The notes under the pieces were generated by a model. It saw only the letters and a program-made list of their open reading frames with translations, was not told the origin of the DNA and did no database searches. 64,000 nt of DNA from a virus. A program made the position numbers and the translations under genes. Each line of letters starts with the position of its first letter. The stretch's first letter is position 1. Location of the stretch: the IMG/VR virus record IMGVR_UViG_3300027690_000141; one strand, written 5' to 3'. Of this stretch, positions 47,455 to 55,499 are shown one piece after another.

Positions 47455-48903
47455 CTACTTTACGATCGGAACAAACCTCGGATACTCCGTCTCGCAGTCA
47501 TCCACCCAGCCGTCCGGTACGAAGCTCCTGTAAATCCTGATCGGGTAAATCCCCTTGATCCCACCGACCCAGCGCCTCTGGATGATCTTCTTCCCCCGCA
47601 CTCGCTCTATCGCGTCCAAGAGGACCGGGAACGATACAGGCGGGTCGATGCTTTCCAAGGCCTTCTTCACCAGATCCACAGTCTCTTGCGCCCACTTGTA
47701 CCCCTTCTCCACTTCACCGCCACATCTTCTCCTCGATTCGGCAATCTCCCACATCCGATGCGCCGATCCAAGCTTATCCATCTTTTGCTTCACCCATTCC
47801 CTGGTACCGCAGTCGTCAAACCGCTTTTTCGCTTCATCGTAGCTCTCATAAATCCACCGGAGCATGGCCGCGCACTCATCGTCCGTATCGAACAGAAAAG
47901 GATACCCTGGCGGGTACATCAGCTCTTCCTCTGGATAATGATACTTCTTGAACAACACGATCACATCACCGTACATCCACTCGTACGGTGCAGCAGCCCC
48001 AGGGTTCAGCTGATAAAAGATCGCCACATGGCACGATTTCATCACTTTCATCGCATCCAGATACGGCAGATCCCGTAACACCTGGACCGACTCCTTGGCG
48101 CCGTAACTCTTCAAAACCTGATCAAGCCTCGCCGCTCCTCCTACCGCAGTCACGTAAATATCCACGTCCCTGCCTGCCATCATCAGCTGCAAATACTGCC
48201 TGACCGACTTCTCGCCCCCCTTCGTGTTCGTGAACCGGCCTCCCCAATACAGCGAGAACTTCTCGTTCTTCTCCACCTTCAGACTGTCCAACTCTTCACA
48301 ATCGGGCCCCATCATCACCTCAGATCTCGTCTCCAGAAACCGCTTCACCATCTCCGACGAACAATACCCTCTGACCAACTCCGTGTGCCTTCCCGTACAA
48401 TACGGGCAACACGAAATCCAATCCGTGCTTGCCAGCGCCAAAGCCCGGGCATGGATCGGAAACATATCGTCGTTCACAACCCAGTTCGTCTCCGACCATT
48501 CCAAAATCGTCGGATATCCGTTCCAATGGACCACAGGCGTATACTCCCAAAACCGTCTCGCCGAAAACCAATCCCTAAGCATCAGCGCCAAGTAACAATC
48601 ATTCGACATGATCATGTCCACGAACTTCTCGTCCGCGGCCCCCCGAAACTCCCTCTGGATAGCATCCATCACCATGTAATGCTGGTGGAGGTTTGTTCTC
48701 GGACTATCGCCGAATGAGAACTTGATCAGCTTCACCCTGGGCATGGGGGGAGGCTGGTACATATCCGGAAGCACCCAATACGTAAAATAACCCCGTTCGA
48801 CAGCCGCCTTCACCATATACAGGGCATACAAATAGCATGAGTCGCCGCGCCAATGATCACCACGCGGCGCATCCATTATCTGCGTCATCAGAACTCGAGC
48901 CAC
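47455..48903 (-). CDS. Divergent GT-B glycosyltransferase
   Basis: C-terminal half SLYWGGRFTNTKG, LPY...MKSCHVAIF, PYEWMY.DVIVL resembles the GT-B nucleotide-sugar-binding domain. Confidence 0.65.
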   Translation of the reverse strand: MARVLMTQIMDAPRGDHWRGDSCYLYALYMVKAAVERGYFTYWVLPDMYQPPPMPRVKLIKFSFGDSPRTNLHQHYMVMDAIQREFRGAADEKFVDMIMSNDCYLALMLRDWFSARRFWEYTPVVHWNGYPTILEWSETNWVVNDDMFPIHARALALASTDWISCCPYCTGRHTELVRGYCSSEMVKRFLETRSEVMMGPDCEELDSLKVEKNEKFSLYWGGRFTNTKGGEKSVRQYLQLMMAGRDVDIYVTAVGGAARLDQVLKSYGAKESVQVLRDLPYLDAMKVMKSCHVAIFYQLNPGAAAPYEWMYGDVIVLFKKYHYPEEELMYPPGYPFLFDTDDECAAMLRWIYESYDEAKKRFDDCGTREWVKQKMDKLGSAHRMWEIAESRRRCGGEVEKGYKWAQETVDLVKKALESIDPPVSFPVLLDAIERVRGKKIIQRRWVGGIKGIYPIRIYRSFVPDGWVDDCETEYPRFVPIVK

Positions 48904-49106
48904 TATATCTTTTCCTCGTCGACCGGAATTTCTTTGCTCAACATCGATTCCATCTTATCTAACGCCCCGATCACCGCTTGTAGCCTTCTCCTCGAAACCC
49001 GCCAACGCTCGCCGATCATCAGATCGGAAAGAATTCTCTTCGCAGCTCGTACTTTGACCAAATTGGCCAAAAGCACATACTCGTTTTCGTTCACCCCCAA
49101 CGCCAT
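48903..49106 (-). CDS. Hypothetical protein
   Basis: 67-aa ORF abutting the GT start. Confidence 0.45.
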   Translation of the reverse strand: MALGVNENEYVLLANLVKVRAAKRILSDLMIGERWRVSRRRLQAVIGALDKMESMLSKEIPVDEEKI

Positions 49107-49143
49107 CCCCTCTTATACTAAACAAATTGCCTCTCGGGATTTT

Positions 49144-49521
49144 TCACTTCAACAAGATATACCAGGACTTATTCCCCAAACTCCGCCCCAACTCCATCAC
49201 ATGCTTGATTTGGTGTCGTTTCCATCCTCTCGGAAACGCCAAAGCATCAGTTCTGATAGGCTCCGAACCTTGCTTCGTCTCCAACGCCTTCAAAGCTCTC
49301 TTGGCAGCCCGTTCTTTCCCCTCTCTAAGACTGAATCGAGATTTGTCCAACGCACTGCAAATCGCCACGCCGACTCCCACTTCGTTGCTAACGTTAATCG
49401 TACAAACCACGTGACTCGGCTGCTGCACATGAAACTTTACCTTATTTGGCTCTACAGCCAAAATCTTTTCGATCACTTCCTTGCTCAATTTCCTCATCCA
49501 CTTGCTATCATTCCCCTTCAT
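49144..49521 (-). CDS. Hypothetical phage protein
   Basis: Start refined to MKGNDS; GVAIC...D..F....G...A..RAL pattern. Confidence 0.55.
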   Translation of the reverse strand: MKGNDSKWMRKLSKEVIEKILAVEPNKVKFHVQQPSHVVCTINVSNEVGVGVAICSALDKSRFSLREGKERAAKRALKALETKQGSEPIRTDALAFPRGWKRHQIKHVMELGRSLGNKSWYILLK

Positions 49522-49759
49522 CACAAACCCCCTCTCTAACCTCAACATCCCTTTTCCTTGGACGAAACGACCACGCCGGCAATAAATCCCTCGTCCCGTC
49601 TTCATACAGCAACTCGCCACCTCCATACACATACGATGGCGGTCCCCAAACGATGACATCCACAACTTTTTTAAACTCCTGCGTACTCCCGACCACTCGA
49701 CAATACTTGCCCCGCCACCAATTCAAATACCTGTCTCGTGCGTCATCAATTCCTGCCAT
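49508..49759 (-). CDS. Hypothetical protein
   Basis: 83-aa ORF overlapping both neighbours. Confidence 0.5.
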   Translation of the reverse strand: MAGIDDARDRYLNWWRGKYCRVVGSTQEFKKVVDVIVWGPPSYVYGGGELLYEDGTRDLLPAWSFRPRKRDVEVREGVCDEGE

Positions 49760-51011
49760 TTCCTATCATCCTCACGGTCGGATTCGCTCTCTCCTTCTGC
49801 AGCACATCCATCGCCTTCAACAAAATCGCCTTCGGGACCCCCTGACGCTCGGCCGCAGTCACCGAAAAATGCGAATCAGCCGAATACTTCCAATCCAAGT
49901 TAATAAAGCTAGCCACATTCACCACCCAGTAATCAATCTCGGTCATCGCCTCCGCTTCACGAATGGTCTTCTCCATCGCCTTGACGTCGCCATCGTAATA
50001 GCTCCCAAAAAGCAGGTATCCCACCAGCGTAAACCCGTGCTTTTTGAACGACCGGACAGCCTTCGCGATGTCGGCCACACTCTGCCGCTTGTCCATGGCC
50101 TTCAAAACCTTATCGTCCAGGGCCTCGATCCCCAGCTTGACCGTACGCACACCGACATCCTTCAGCGCCTCCGCCATCTCATCGCTCAAATCAATCAGCC
50201 GACTCTCACACGTGAACTGGTACGAAAAATGCTTTAATAATCTACCTATTTGTTTTACATGCGAAATTCGTGCAGGAAAACACATGTCGTTGATGTACAG
50301 CGCGTTTCTTTTCGTACCGAGTATACGGGTGTGGACATCCCGGACAAAATTCTCTGCACTTCGATACCACACCTCTTTCCAAATCACAGGCGTGTAACAA
50401 AAATTGCACTTAAACGGACACCCAAACCTGCTCAAAATGTAGTCCGTACTCTGCCCTGCCGGGTAAACATACTGAAATTCCGGCAACATATCTTCCAGGG
50501 GCCTGCCCTCTCTCGTCTGTTCAAATTTCGTCACCATATCCACCAGGCTCTCATTCACCGGCCCCACGAAAAACCCGTCAAACGGCTCCCTGAACGGATA
50601 CGGGTCTCTCGTAAACTGTGGTCCAATTCCGAACACCTTCGCGTATTTGCTAATCTTTTCAGCTACATGAAACGCGATATACGGGCTTCCCAAATTCTTG
50701 GTCGGAATGTAGTTGTCTCCGGCCGCCACAACCACGACTCCCGGCTCGAACTGCATCACTTCTTCCACGCACTGATCAATCACAGGCGACTTCCCATCAC
50801 AGGCAGCCTGATACATTTCCTGGTTCTCGAACAACACTCGCCATGGCAAATAGACCGGTGTTCCGCTATAATCACCGTTCACAACCACATGCTCGACACC
50901 GGCCTCGGCCAAAAATCGACTTGCGTAACACAGCTCCAGGCCGATCCTGTCATTATGCGACCCAGCCGCTTTCAGAAACGGGGCCTGCAGCAATACGACA
51001 CGCTTCTTCAT
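49746..51011 (-). CDS. B12-binding radical SAM protein (class B-like)
   Basis: N-terminal cobalamin-binding-like region (LGSPY..H.AE), SRFGCPFKCNFC (CX3CX2C), YRSAENFV, CESR, KLGIEA.DD.VL..M.K; start refined after AGGAGGT. Confidence 0.88.
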   Translation of the reverse strand: MKKRVVLLQAPFLKAAGSHNDRIGLELCYASRFLAEAGVEHVVVNGDYSGTPVYLPWRVLFENQEMYQAACDGKSPVIDQCVEEVMQFEPGVVVVAAGDNYIPTKNLGSPYIAFHVAEKISKYAKVFGIGPQFTRDPYPFREPFDGFFVGPVNESLVDMVTKFEQTREGRPLEDMLPEFQYVYPAGQSTDYILSRFGCPFKCNFCYTPVIWKEVWYRSAENFVRDVHTRILGTKRNALYINDMCFPARISHVKQIGRLLKHFSYQFTCESRLIDLSDEMAEALKDVGVRTVKLGIEALDDKVLKAMDKRQSVADIAKAVRSFKKHGFTLVGYLLFGSYYDGDVKAMEKTIREAEAMTEIDYWVVNVASFINLDWKYSADSHFSVTAAERQGVPKAILLKAMDVLQKERANPTVRMIGNGRN

Positions 51012-51178
51012 AGCGCACCTCCTTGCCGTAGCCCCTGTCAAAAACTCCTCGAACTTTTATTTTCCCTATAACATCATCAACAGATCCGTTAACCACGGTT
51101 AATCAGCCATCACGCCTGGCCTTCACTTTTCTTTCAACGCCCTCACACATCCTTTCACTTCCCTCAACGCTCCATTAA

Positions 51179-51391
51179 CTAAACTACACACTTCGCCCAT
51201 CGACAGAATTTCTCCATCGACACAGTTGGATAACGCCGCCCTATTCGCACTGCCGGACTGTCGTACTGCACCCGCAGACGATCTTCACTGACCCACAGCA
51301 CAGTCCGATCATCATACAGATCACTGAACACCGTCTTGTACGCCCTTTTTCCTCGGTACGTCTTGCCAACCTTGATCTCTACCGGATCCAC
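51179..51391 (-). CDS. Hypothetical protein
   Basis: 70 aa, IKVGKTYRGK; GGAGG RBS. Confidence 0.6.
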   Translation of the reverse strand: MDPVEIKVGKTYRGKRAYKTVFSDLYDDRTVLWVSEDRLRVQYDSPAVRIGRRYPTVSMEKFCRWAKCVV

Positions 51392-51450
51392 GACTCCTCC
51401 ATCTCCATCAGCACCTTCTCATTTGGTGTATCGTCATCAATCATTTTTTC

Positions 51451-51516
51451 TCCCAACATTCCGCATCACCAGCGGCGTAGTTCTTTGCGCCGCCTGCGTT
51501 CAGGCGCTCGTTAGCC
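51451..51516 (-). mobile_element. attC-like site (66 bp)
   Basis: GGCTAAC GAGCG CCTGAACGCAGGCGGCGCAAAGAACTACGCCGCTGGTGATGC GGAAT GTTGGGA; 2 nt after the upstream stop. Confidence 0.75.
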
Positions 51517-51518
51517 AT

Positions 51519-51731
51519 TTAAAGAATTTGGCGCAGATCAATGATCCTTCCAGACGGCATCTGTTCCTTCAGTTCCTTTTCGAATTGCGTACAATCGTCA
51601 TTATTACGCACTGCAATTCGATGAACAAAGACCTTGCATTTTGTCCCCCCCTCGGTCACGCCCTCCCACAAGCGGACCTTAACACCGTCAATGATCGTGA
51701 TTTTATCAGTGACTTCCATTTGCACCTTCAT
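51519..51731 (-). CDS. Cassette ORF, hypothetical (70 aa)
   Basis: MKVQMEVTDK...; RBS follows the R' GTTAGCA. Confidence 0.65.
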   Translation of the reverse strand: MKVQMEVTDKITIIDGVKVRLWEGVTEGGTKCKVFVHRIAVRNNDDCTQFEKELKEQMPSGRIIDLRQIL

Positions 51732-51746
51732 GTCTCTCTCCTTTCC

Positions 51747-51797
51747 TGCTAACACGGTAATCAGCGGCTTTCTGTCCGATCAATTTCCTGGTTATCA
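51747..51797 (-). mobile_element. attC-like site (51 bp, short)
   Basis: TGATAAC CAGGA AATTGATCGGACAGAAAGCCGCTGATT ACCGT GTTAGCA. Confidence 0.7.
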
Positions 51798-52153
51798 TCC
51801 GCTCTGCCATTTCCCAGCAACAACGTTCCCTCGTCCGGATACTCGGTGTAAAGGGCATACAGGCCGGGGCCGGAATGACTCGGATCGCCCTCCGCTACTT
51901 CGACAACAGTGACCTCTGTTTGCGGATCTCCTCCGAAAAACTCCAGTAAATCCTTTGCTTCTTGGTATGTGAAATCCATTTTGTTCCCCTGAGGGATAAT
52001 GCCGTCCTCTGGATTGACTTGTTGGGAGGCACCCTTCACAGCACGCCATAGATCGTAAATTATCTGGCCCTGGATATTATCGGCCAGCCATTCATGGTCA
52101 CTGAATAAAGTGTCCAGATGTTTGTATTTTTCGAACACTTCATTTATGGTCAC
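51761..52153 (-). CDS. Cassette ORF, hypothetical (130 aa)
   Basis: GTG start after GTTGGGAGG; stop lies inside the downstream attC. Confidence 0.65.
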   Translation of the reverse strand: MTINEVFEKYKHLDTLFSDHEWLADNIQGQIIYDLWRAVKGASQQVNPEDGIIPQGNKMDFTYQEAKDLLEFFGGDPQTEVTVVEVAEGDPSHSGPGLYALYTEYPDEGTLLLGNGRADDNQEIDRTESR

Positions 52154-52161
52154 AATAAGCC

Positions 52162-52219
52162 TCCCAACGATCAAGCTCAGCCGCGTCTTTTTGCGGTCGG
52201 CTGAAGCAACTGGTTATAC
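52162..52219 (-). mobile_element. attC site (58 bp)
   Basis: GTATAAC CAGTT GCTTCAGCCGACCGCAAAAAGACGCGGCTGAGC TTGATC GTTGGGA; L''/L' GCT[T]CAGC/GCTGAGC with an extrahelical base. Confidence 0.88.
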
Positions 52220-52220
52220 G

Positions 52221-52430
52221 TCAATATTCGACACGTTCAATAATAATTGGGTTTCCACACTTCGGGCAGATGACTTCTTCCCCCTCAATTTCGTCCCATT
52301 TGTTATTGAATATCGGAATTGCAAATATGCCGTCCTGGTCAAACTCACCATCCGACAAATCAAGTGTTTCGCCACAGTAGTTGCAATCAATGAACAGGTG
52401 CCAAGATAACGTTACTGTGCCTTTTTCCAT
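52221..52430 (-). CDS. Cassette ORF, Zn-ribbon protein (69 aa)
   Basis: CNYC...CPKC; AGGAGG RBS after GTTGGAC. Confidence 0.7.
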   Translation of the reverse strand: MEKGTVTLSWHLFIDCNYCGETLDLSDGEFDQDGIFAIPIFNNKWDEIEGEEVICPKCGNPIIIERVEY

Positions 52431-52443
52431 ATTTCCTCCTGAC

Positions 52444-52505
52444 GTCCAACTATCCTGATCACTTGCGCCGGACTTTCGGCGTCAAGTCGATTGGCTTTGT
52501 TAGCC
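52444..52505 (-). mobile_element. attC site (62 bp)
   Basis: GGCTAAC AAAGC CAATC[G]ACTTG[A]CGCC GAAAGTCC GGCGCAAGTGATC AGGATA GTTGGAC; both extrahelical bases present. Confidence 0.9.
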
Positions 52506-52713
52506 TTTCAAACTCGCCGTTACCGATGAATGGAGCTAAAGGCCACGAAAATCCGTGAGCGTATTGATCGCAACCTGCAACTCCATGATAATTCCATCTT
52601 CCGTCTCTTCCCTTAAAAACTATGCCAACAATCCATTCATCCGCCGAGAGGGGAAATCCGAAATTCTTTGTGCATTTGAACCGATACACACCAGATTTAT
52701 ACGGTCGTTTCAT
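52459..52713 (-). CDS. Cassette ORF, hypothetical (84 aa)
   Basis: Starts after GTTAGGC+GGAG; reads into the attC (LTKPIDLTP) and stops inside it. Confidence 0.65.
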   Translation of the reverse strand: MKRPYKSGVYRFKCTKNFGFPLSADEWIVGIVFKGRDGRWNYHGVAGCDQYAHGFSWPLAPFIGNGEFERLTKPIDLTPKVRRK

Positions 52714-52727
52714 TGCGATTCTCCGTA

Positions 52728-52755
52728 GCCTAACAAGCTGTTATCTGGACAGCCT
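52728..52755 (-). mobile_element. Collapsed/partial attC (R' GTTAGGC)
   Basis: AGGCTGTCCAGATAAC AGCTT GTTAGGC after the upstream stop; internal arms missing. Confidence 0.5.
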
Positions 52756-52941
52756 TTATTCTTCAATCTCCCGCAAAAAGTCCTGAATTTTGACGCTTTT
52801 ATAGCCGTCAAAACGTCTCGAATATCTCCGTCCGTAGAGAAGCAAAAAGAGTTCGTCAACACCATCAACCCACTTATCAGGGTCATCATCCAAGAAATAG
52901 TCGATAGCCTTTTTCAGCTTTTTACGTTCCTCTTTTGTCAT
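52756..52941 (-). CDS. Hypothetical protein (61 aa)
   Basis: MTKEERKKLKKAIDYF..., GGAG RBS. Confidence 0.6.
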   Translation of the reverse strand: MTKEERKKLKKAIDYFLDDDPDKWVDGVDELFLLLYGRRYSRRFDGYKSVKIQDFLREIEE

Positions 52942-52963
52942 TTCCGCTCCATCTCGCGTAGGG

Positions 52964-53281
52964 CTATAGAAGGCCGTCGCCGTTTTCGGTCGGCTGGACT
53001 GATTTGTTAGGCCAAAACACCTCAATCTCAATGGCTCTATCTGGTACGTTAATTCCGAGGTATTCCGAATATTCAAGAAAACAGTCCACGCACAACGACC
53101 CACCTCCATCATCTGGAACCCCCACTACATCGCGCCAAATTCTATCTTCCACGCTCCACCGCACCCGGAACGCCTTACCGCACATCCAACACGATTCATA
53201 GGGCCACCGCTTCAGTGTCAATGACCGCCATTGATAAATTAGCAGCCATCGGATTCGTCTAATCAGTCGTTTCAACACCAT
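52964..53281 (-). CDS. Hypothetical Zn-binding protein (probable cassette ORF)
   Basis: CWMC...LCVDC; C-terminus derived from an attC arm. Confidence 0.6.
   Translation of the reverse strand: MVLKRLIRRIRWLLIYQWRSLTLKRWPYESCWMCGKAFRVRWSVEDRIWRDVVGVPDDGGGSLCVDCFLEYSEYLGINVPDRAIEIEVFWPNKSVQPTENGDGLL
52975..53012 (-). mobile_element. attC left arm only
   Basis: GCCTAAC AAATC AGTCCAGCCGACCGAAAACGG; translates as PNKSVQPT at the end of the upstream ORF. Confidence 0.55.
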
Positions 53282-53348
53282 ATTAACCTGCGGCAACAGA
53301 GTAACTGGCGCCTCACAGGGAATTGGTGGAGTTGCCGTGGCACTGGGA

Positions 53349-53849
53349 TTAGGGTTTTTCTTCCATCTCCCGTAGGGCTTTTTCTATCCACTGGCGCGTT
53401 TGCTCATCCAGAAGCATTTTATGCCTATTATTTCGATACCAAGCACTGGTGTTAGGAGCTCCTTGCGCCCTACCTGTTCCCTTCCAATCAGCAAGCATCT
53501 CTTTCCGGTATTTGAGAGGCATTGGAAAGACCACTTTGCCTCCATTATCTTCTTGCAGTATCCACCATTGCCAGTGATGTTTGTTACGTTTTTGATGAAG
53601 AAGCCAGGCAAAATTGAAGGAGAAATCGTTGGTGTTTTCGGTTTTATAGTAACTGATTTCGTCTTTATCTTCCTTGATGCCTTTTTTGCCTTTACCGTAG
53701 AAATAATCGGCATAGGGGAGCCATTCTGAAGGTAAGAATTTACTCCAATCATGAATAATGCCGAGTAAAGGAATACCTAGTTTGCAACATTCCAAAAAGA
53801 CAAACCATTTGTGGCGGAGCATGTAAGATAGGTACTGTAGATGTTTCAT
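53349..53849 (-). CDS. DUF5662-like HD-superfamily protein
   Basis: RHKWFV, IIHDWSKF..EW, AWLLHQKRNKHHW, MP..Y..EMLADW; visibly AT-rich. Confidence 0.8.
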   Translation of the reverse strand: MKHLQYLSYMLRHKWFVFLECCKLGIPLLGIIHDWSKFLPSEWLPYADYFYGKGKKGIKEDKDEISYYKTENTNDFSFNFAWLLHQKRNKHHWQWWILQEDNGGKVVFPMPLKYRKEMLADWKGTGRAQGAPNTSAWYRNNRHKMLLDEQTRQWIEKALREMEEKP

Positions 53850-53977
53850 TTCTCCTCCATTTCCTGCAATGCCTCATATGCAGATCGATCCGCTTCATTC
53901 CTGCATTCGGCTACCGATCCCACAAAGTAATACTCCCAATCACCCCATCTATGCCTTATTTTCGCCCTCATTCCCAT
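53846..53977 (-). CDS. Small hypothetical protein (43 aa)
   Basis: Hand-translated MGMRAKIRHRWGDWEY...EMEEK; ATGA-coupled to DUF5662. Confidence 0.45.
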   Translation of the reverse strand: MGMRAKIRHRWGDWEYYFVGSVAECRNEADRSAYEALQEMEEK

Positions 53978-54008
53978 ATTTTATACTCCGTCAGCTTTCA
54001 CTCGCTTC

Positions 54009-54329
54009 TTAATTTTCATTGACGAATTGCACTTTAACCCCCGCTTCAGCAGTCTTGCCCCCTACCTTTTTCCTTCTCCGTCTGCTGACCTTACTTCTCT
54101 TTTTTGTCGACGCAACCCTGATTCGCGTGACCTTTTCAAACTCTTTAATTTCACATCTATTATAGGGCACCATCAAAAACCCATGGCTCACGATCCAAGC
54201 CTTGCCCGATCTCTTCTTCTCCCGGATGAGCCTGATCATATCCATCAAAATCGAATAGTAGGCAAAAACAACAGCCAAGCAGAAAAAACCCAGTGCAGCC
54301 GCATACATCAGAATTAAGCTCGTTTTCAT
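54009..54329 (-). CDS. Hypothetical membrane protein
   Basis: N-terminal TM LILMYAAALGFFCLAVVFAYY. Confidence 0.55.
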   Translation of the reverse strand: MKTSLILMYAAALGFFCLAVVFAYYSILMDMIRLIREKKRSGKAWIVSHGFLMVPYNRCEIKEFEKVTRIRVASTKKRSKVSRRRRKKVGGKTAEAGVKVQFVNEN

Positions 54330-54330
54330 T

Positions 54331-54495
54331 TTATTTCTTCTCCTCAAATTCTCTGCAAGCCTTCTGCATTGGAAATCGGCCGCAACCTCTCAGCGAACAT
54401 AGACGAAACGATTGTTCACACAAATGCGGCTCTTTTCCCGACACCTTAAAATCAACCAGGCGCTTACACTCTCCACATTTTCGGCCGGCGCCCAT
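54331..54495 (-). CDS. Small Cys-rich protein, paralog of 58052-58243
   Basis: Hand-translated CGEC..LV.F...HLCEQSFR.C.L.GCGRFPMQ..CREFE. Confidence 0.6.
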   Translation of the reverse strand: MGAGRKCGECKRLVDFKVSGKEPHLCEQSFRLCSLRGCGRFPMQKACREFEEKK

Positions 54496-54813
54496 TTATA
54501 GTCGCCCACAAATCACAGCCATAAACATACAACCAACAATAAAGCCAACCAGGAGCCCCCATCCCAGCATCATCCTCGCCCACGACTTTTCCTCCTCCGA
54601 ACTCTGCCGCATGTTCCACAAGCGTATTGCTCTCCCAACGCTCTTTCCCCAGCCGCCATCTGCAGCACAGGAACGGCATCGAACAAAATGGGCAAAGGCA
54701 TCGGGATCGTCCTGGCAATCCTGATACCCAGCCCGAAGGACTTTATCCAGAATACCCTCTCCCCCACAGAACCGGCACGACTTTACTGCCGATTTCAAAT
54801 TGTCCATTGCCAT
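54496..54813 (-). CDS. Lar-like restriction alleviation protein with C-terminal TM
   Basis: CRFCGG...FVRCRSC.A.G...AIRLWNMR. Confidence 0.6.
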   Translation of the reverse strand: MAMDNLKSAVKSCRFCGGEGILDKVLRAGYQDCQDDPDAFAHFVRCRSCAADGGWGKSVGRAIRLWNMRQSSEEEKSWARMMLGWGLLVGFIVGCMFMAVICGRL

Positions 54814-54819
54814 CCACTC

Positions 54820-55056
54820 TTAATCTTCACACAAGCACTCAATTTCTAAAATCGCAGCTGGGACATCCGCACGAATGAACCCTAATTTTCTACCCACGAC
54901 TTCGCAATTCGGATGCGCCTTCAAAAACCAGCCTACGTCCCGCATGTCCTGCTTCGTAATCACCAGCCATCGAAAACAGTGGATGTAAACCAGCAAACCT
55001 ATCAATATCCACCTGACCAACCCCATTTCACTCACATCAACATCAGCAGAACCCAC
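54820..55056 (-). CDS. Hypothetical protein
   Basis: 78-aa ORF in the gene run. Confidence 0.4.
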   Translation of the reverse strand: MGSADVDVSEMGLVRWILIGLLVYIHCFRWLVITKQDMRDVGWFLKAHPNCEVVGRKLGFIRADVPAAILEIECLCED

Positions 55057-55130
55057 CCGAACATCACTGTCGCAAAACCCACCCAGAATCCCAGGCTTTT
55101 TGTCGCTCTGCGATACATCTCATCACCTCC

Positions 55131-55493
55131 TCATACACATCGGTCCGGAGGCAGTTCATGCTCCTCCCCGATCTTTCGCCACAAATGAAGGCAATACTGC
55201 ATCTTATTGACATACTTCGATTTTTTCGGATGGAACTGCACCACCGTTTCGTCTTCCCGCCAAAACAGATCCTTCACGAAACACATCTCCTCCCATGTCG
55301 GACACCTGTTTCGAAGGCTCACGCTCACATGGTCCCATCCTGTGATTGTGTCCGTGCCTGATGACATCACCCTCAACAAACCACCAAGCCTGGGGATCTC
55401 AAACCAACCCCAGTTCTTGCCCGGCTCGCTTGGGCCAACCGGGTTATTCTGAACCCTGTACTGCTCAATCCTGAGATTTGGCTCGTTTCTCAT
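55131..55493 (-). CDS. Conserved phage hypothetical protein
   Basis: GWDHVSVS..RCPTWEEMCFVKDLFW..ETVVQFHP..YVN..CLHLWR. Confidence 0.75.
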   Translation of the reverse strand: MRNEPNLRIEQYRVQNNPVGPSEPGKNWGWFEIPRLGGLLRVMSSGTDTITGWDHVSVSLRNRCPTWEEMCFVKDLFWREDETVVQFHPKKSKYVNKMQYCLHLWRKIGEEHELPPDRCV

Positions 55494-55499
55494 CGTCTC

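Noticed and set aside
51061-51180. Short direct repeats (GCGTTGA...AAGTGAA) and a possible promoter upstream of the radical SAM gene
   Set aside because: Only two imperfect copies and a weak -35; not distinguishable from chance.
51451-52505. Interpreting the attC-like hairpins as rho-independent terminators or REP elements
   Set aside because: No U-tracts, sequences differ from each other, and they carry AAC/GTT core boxes, spacers and extrahelical bases.
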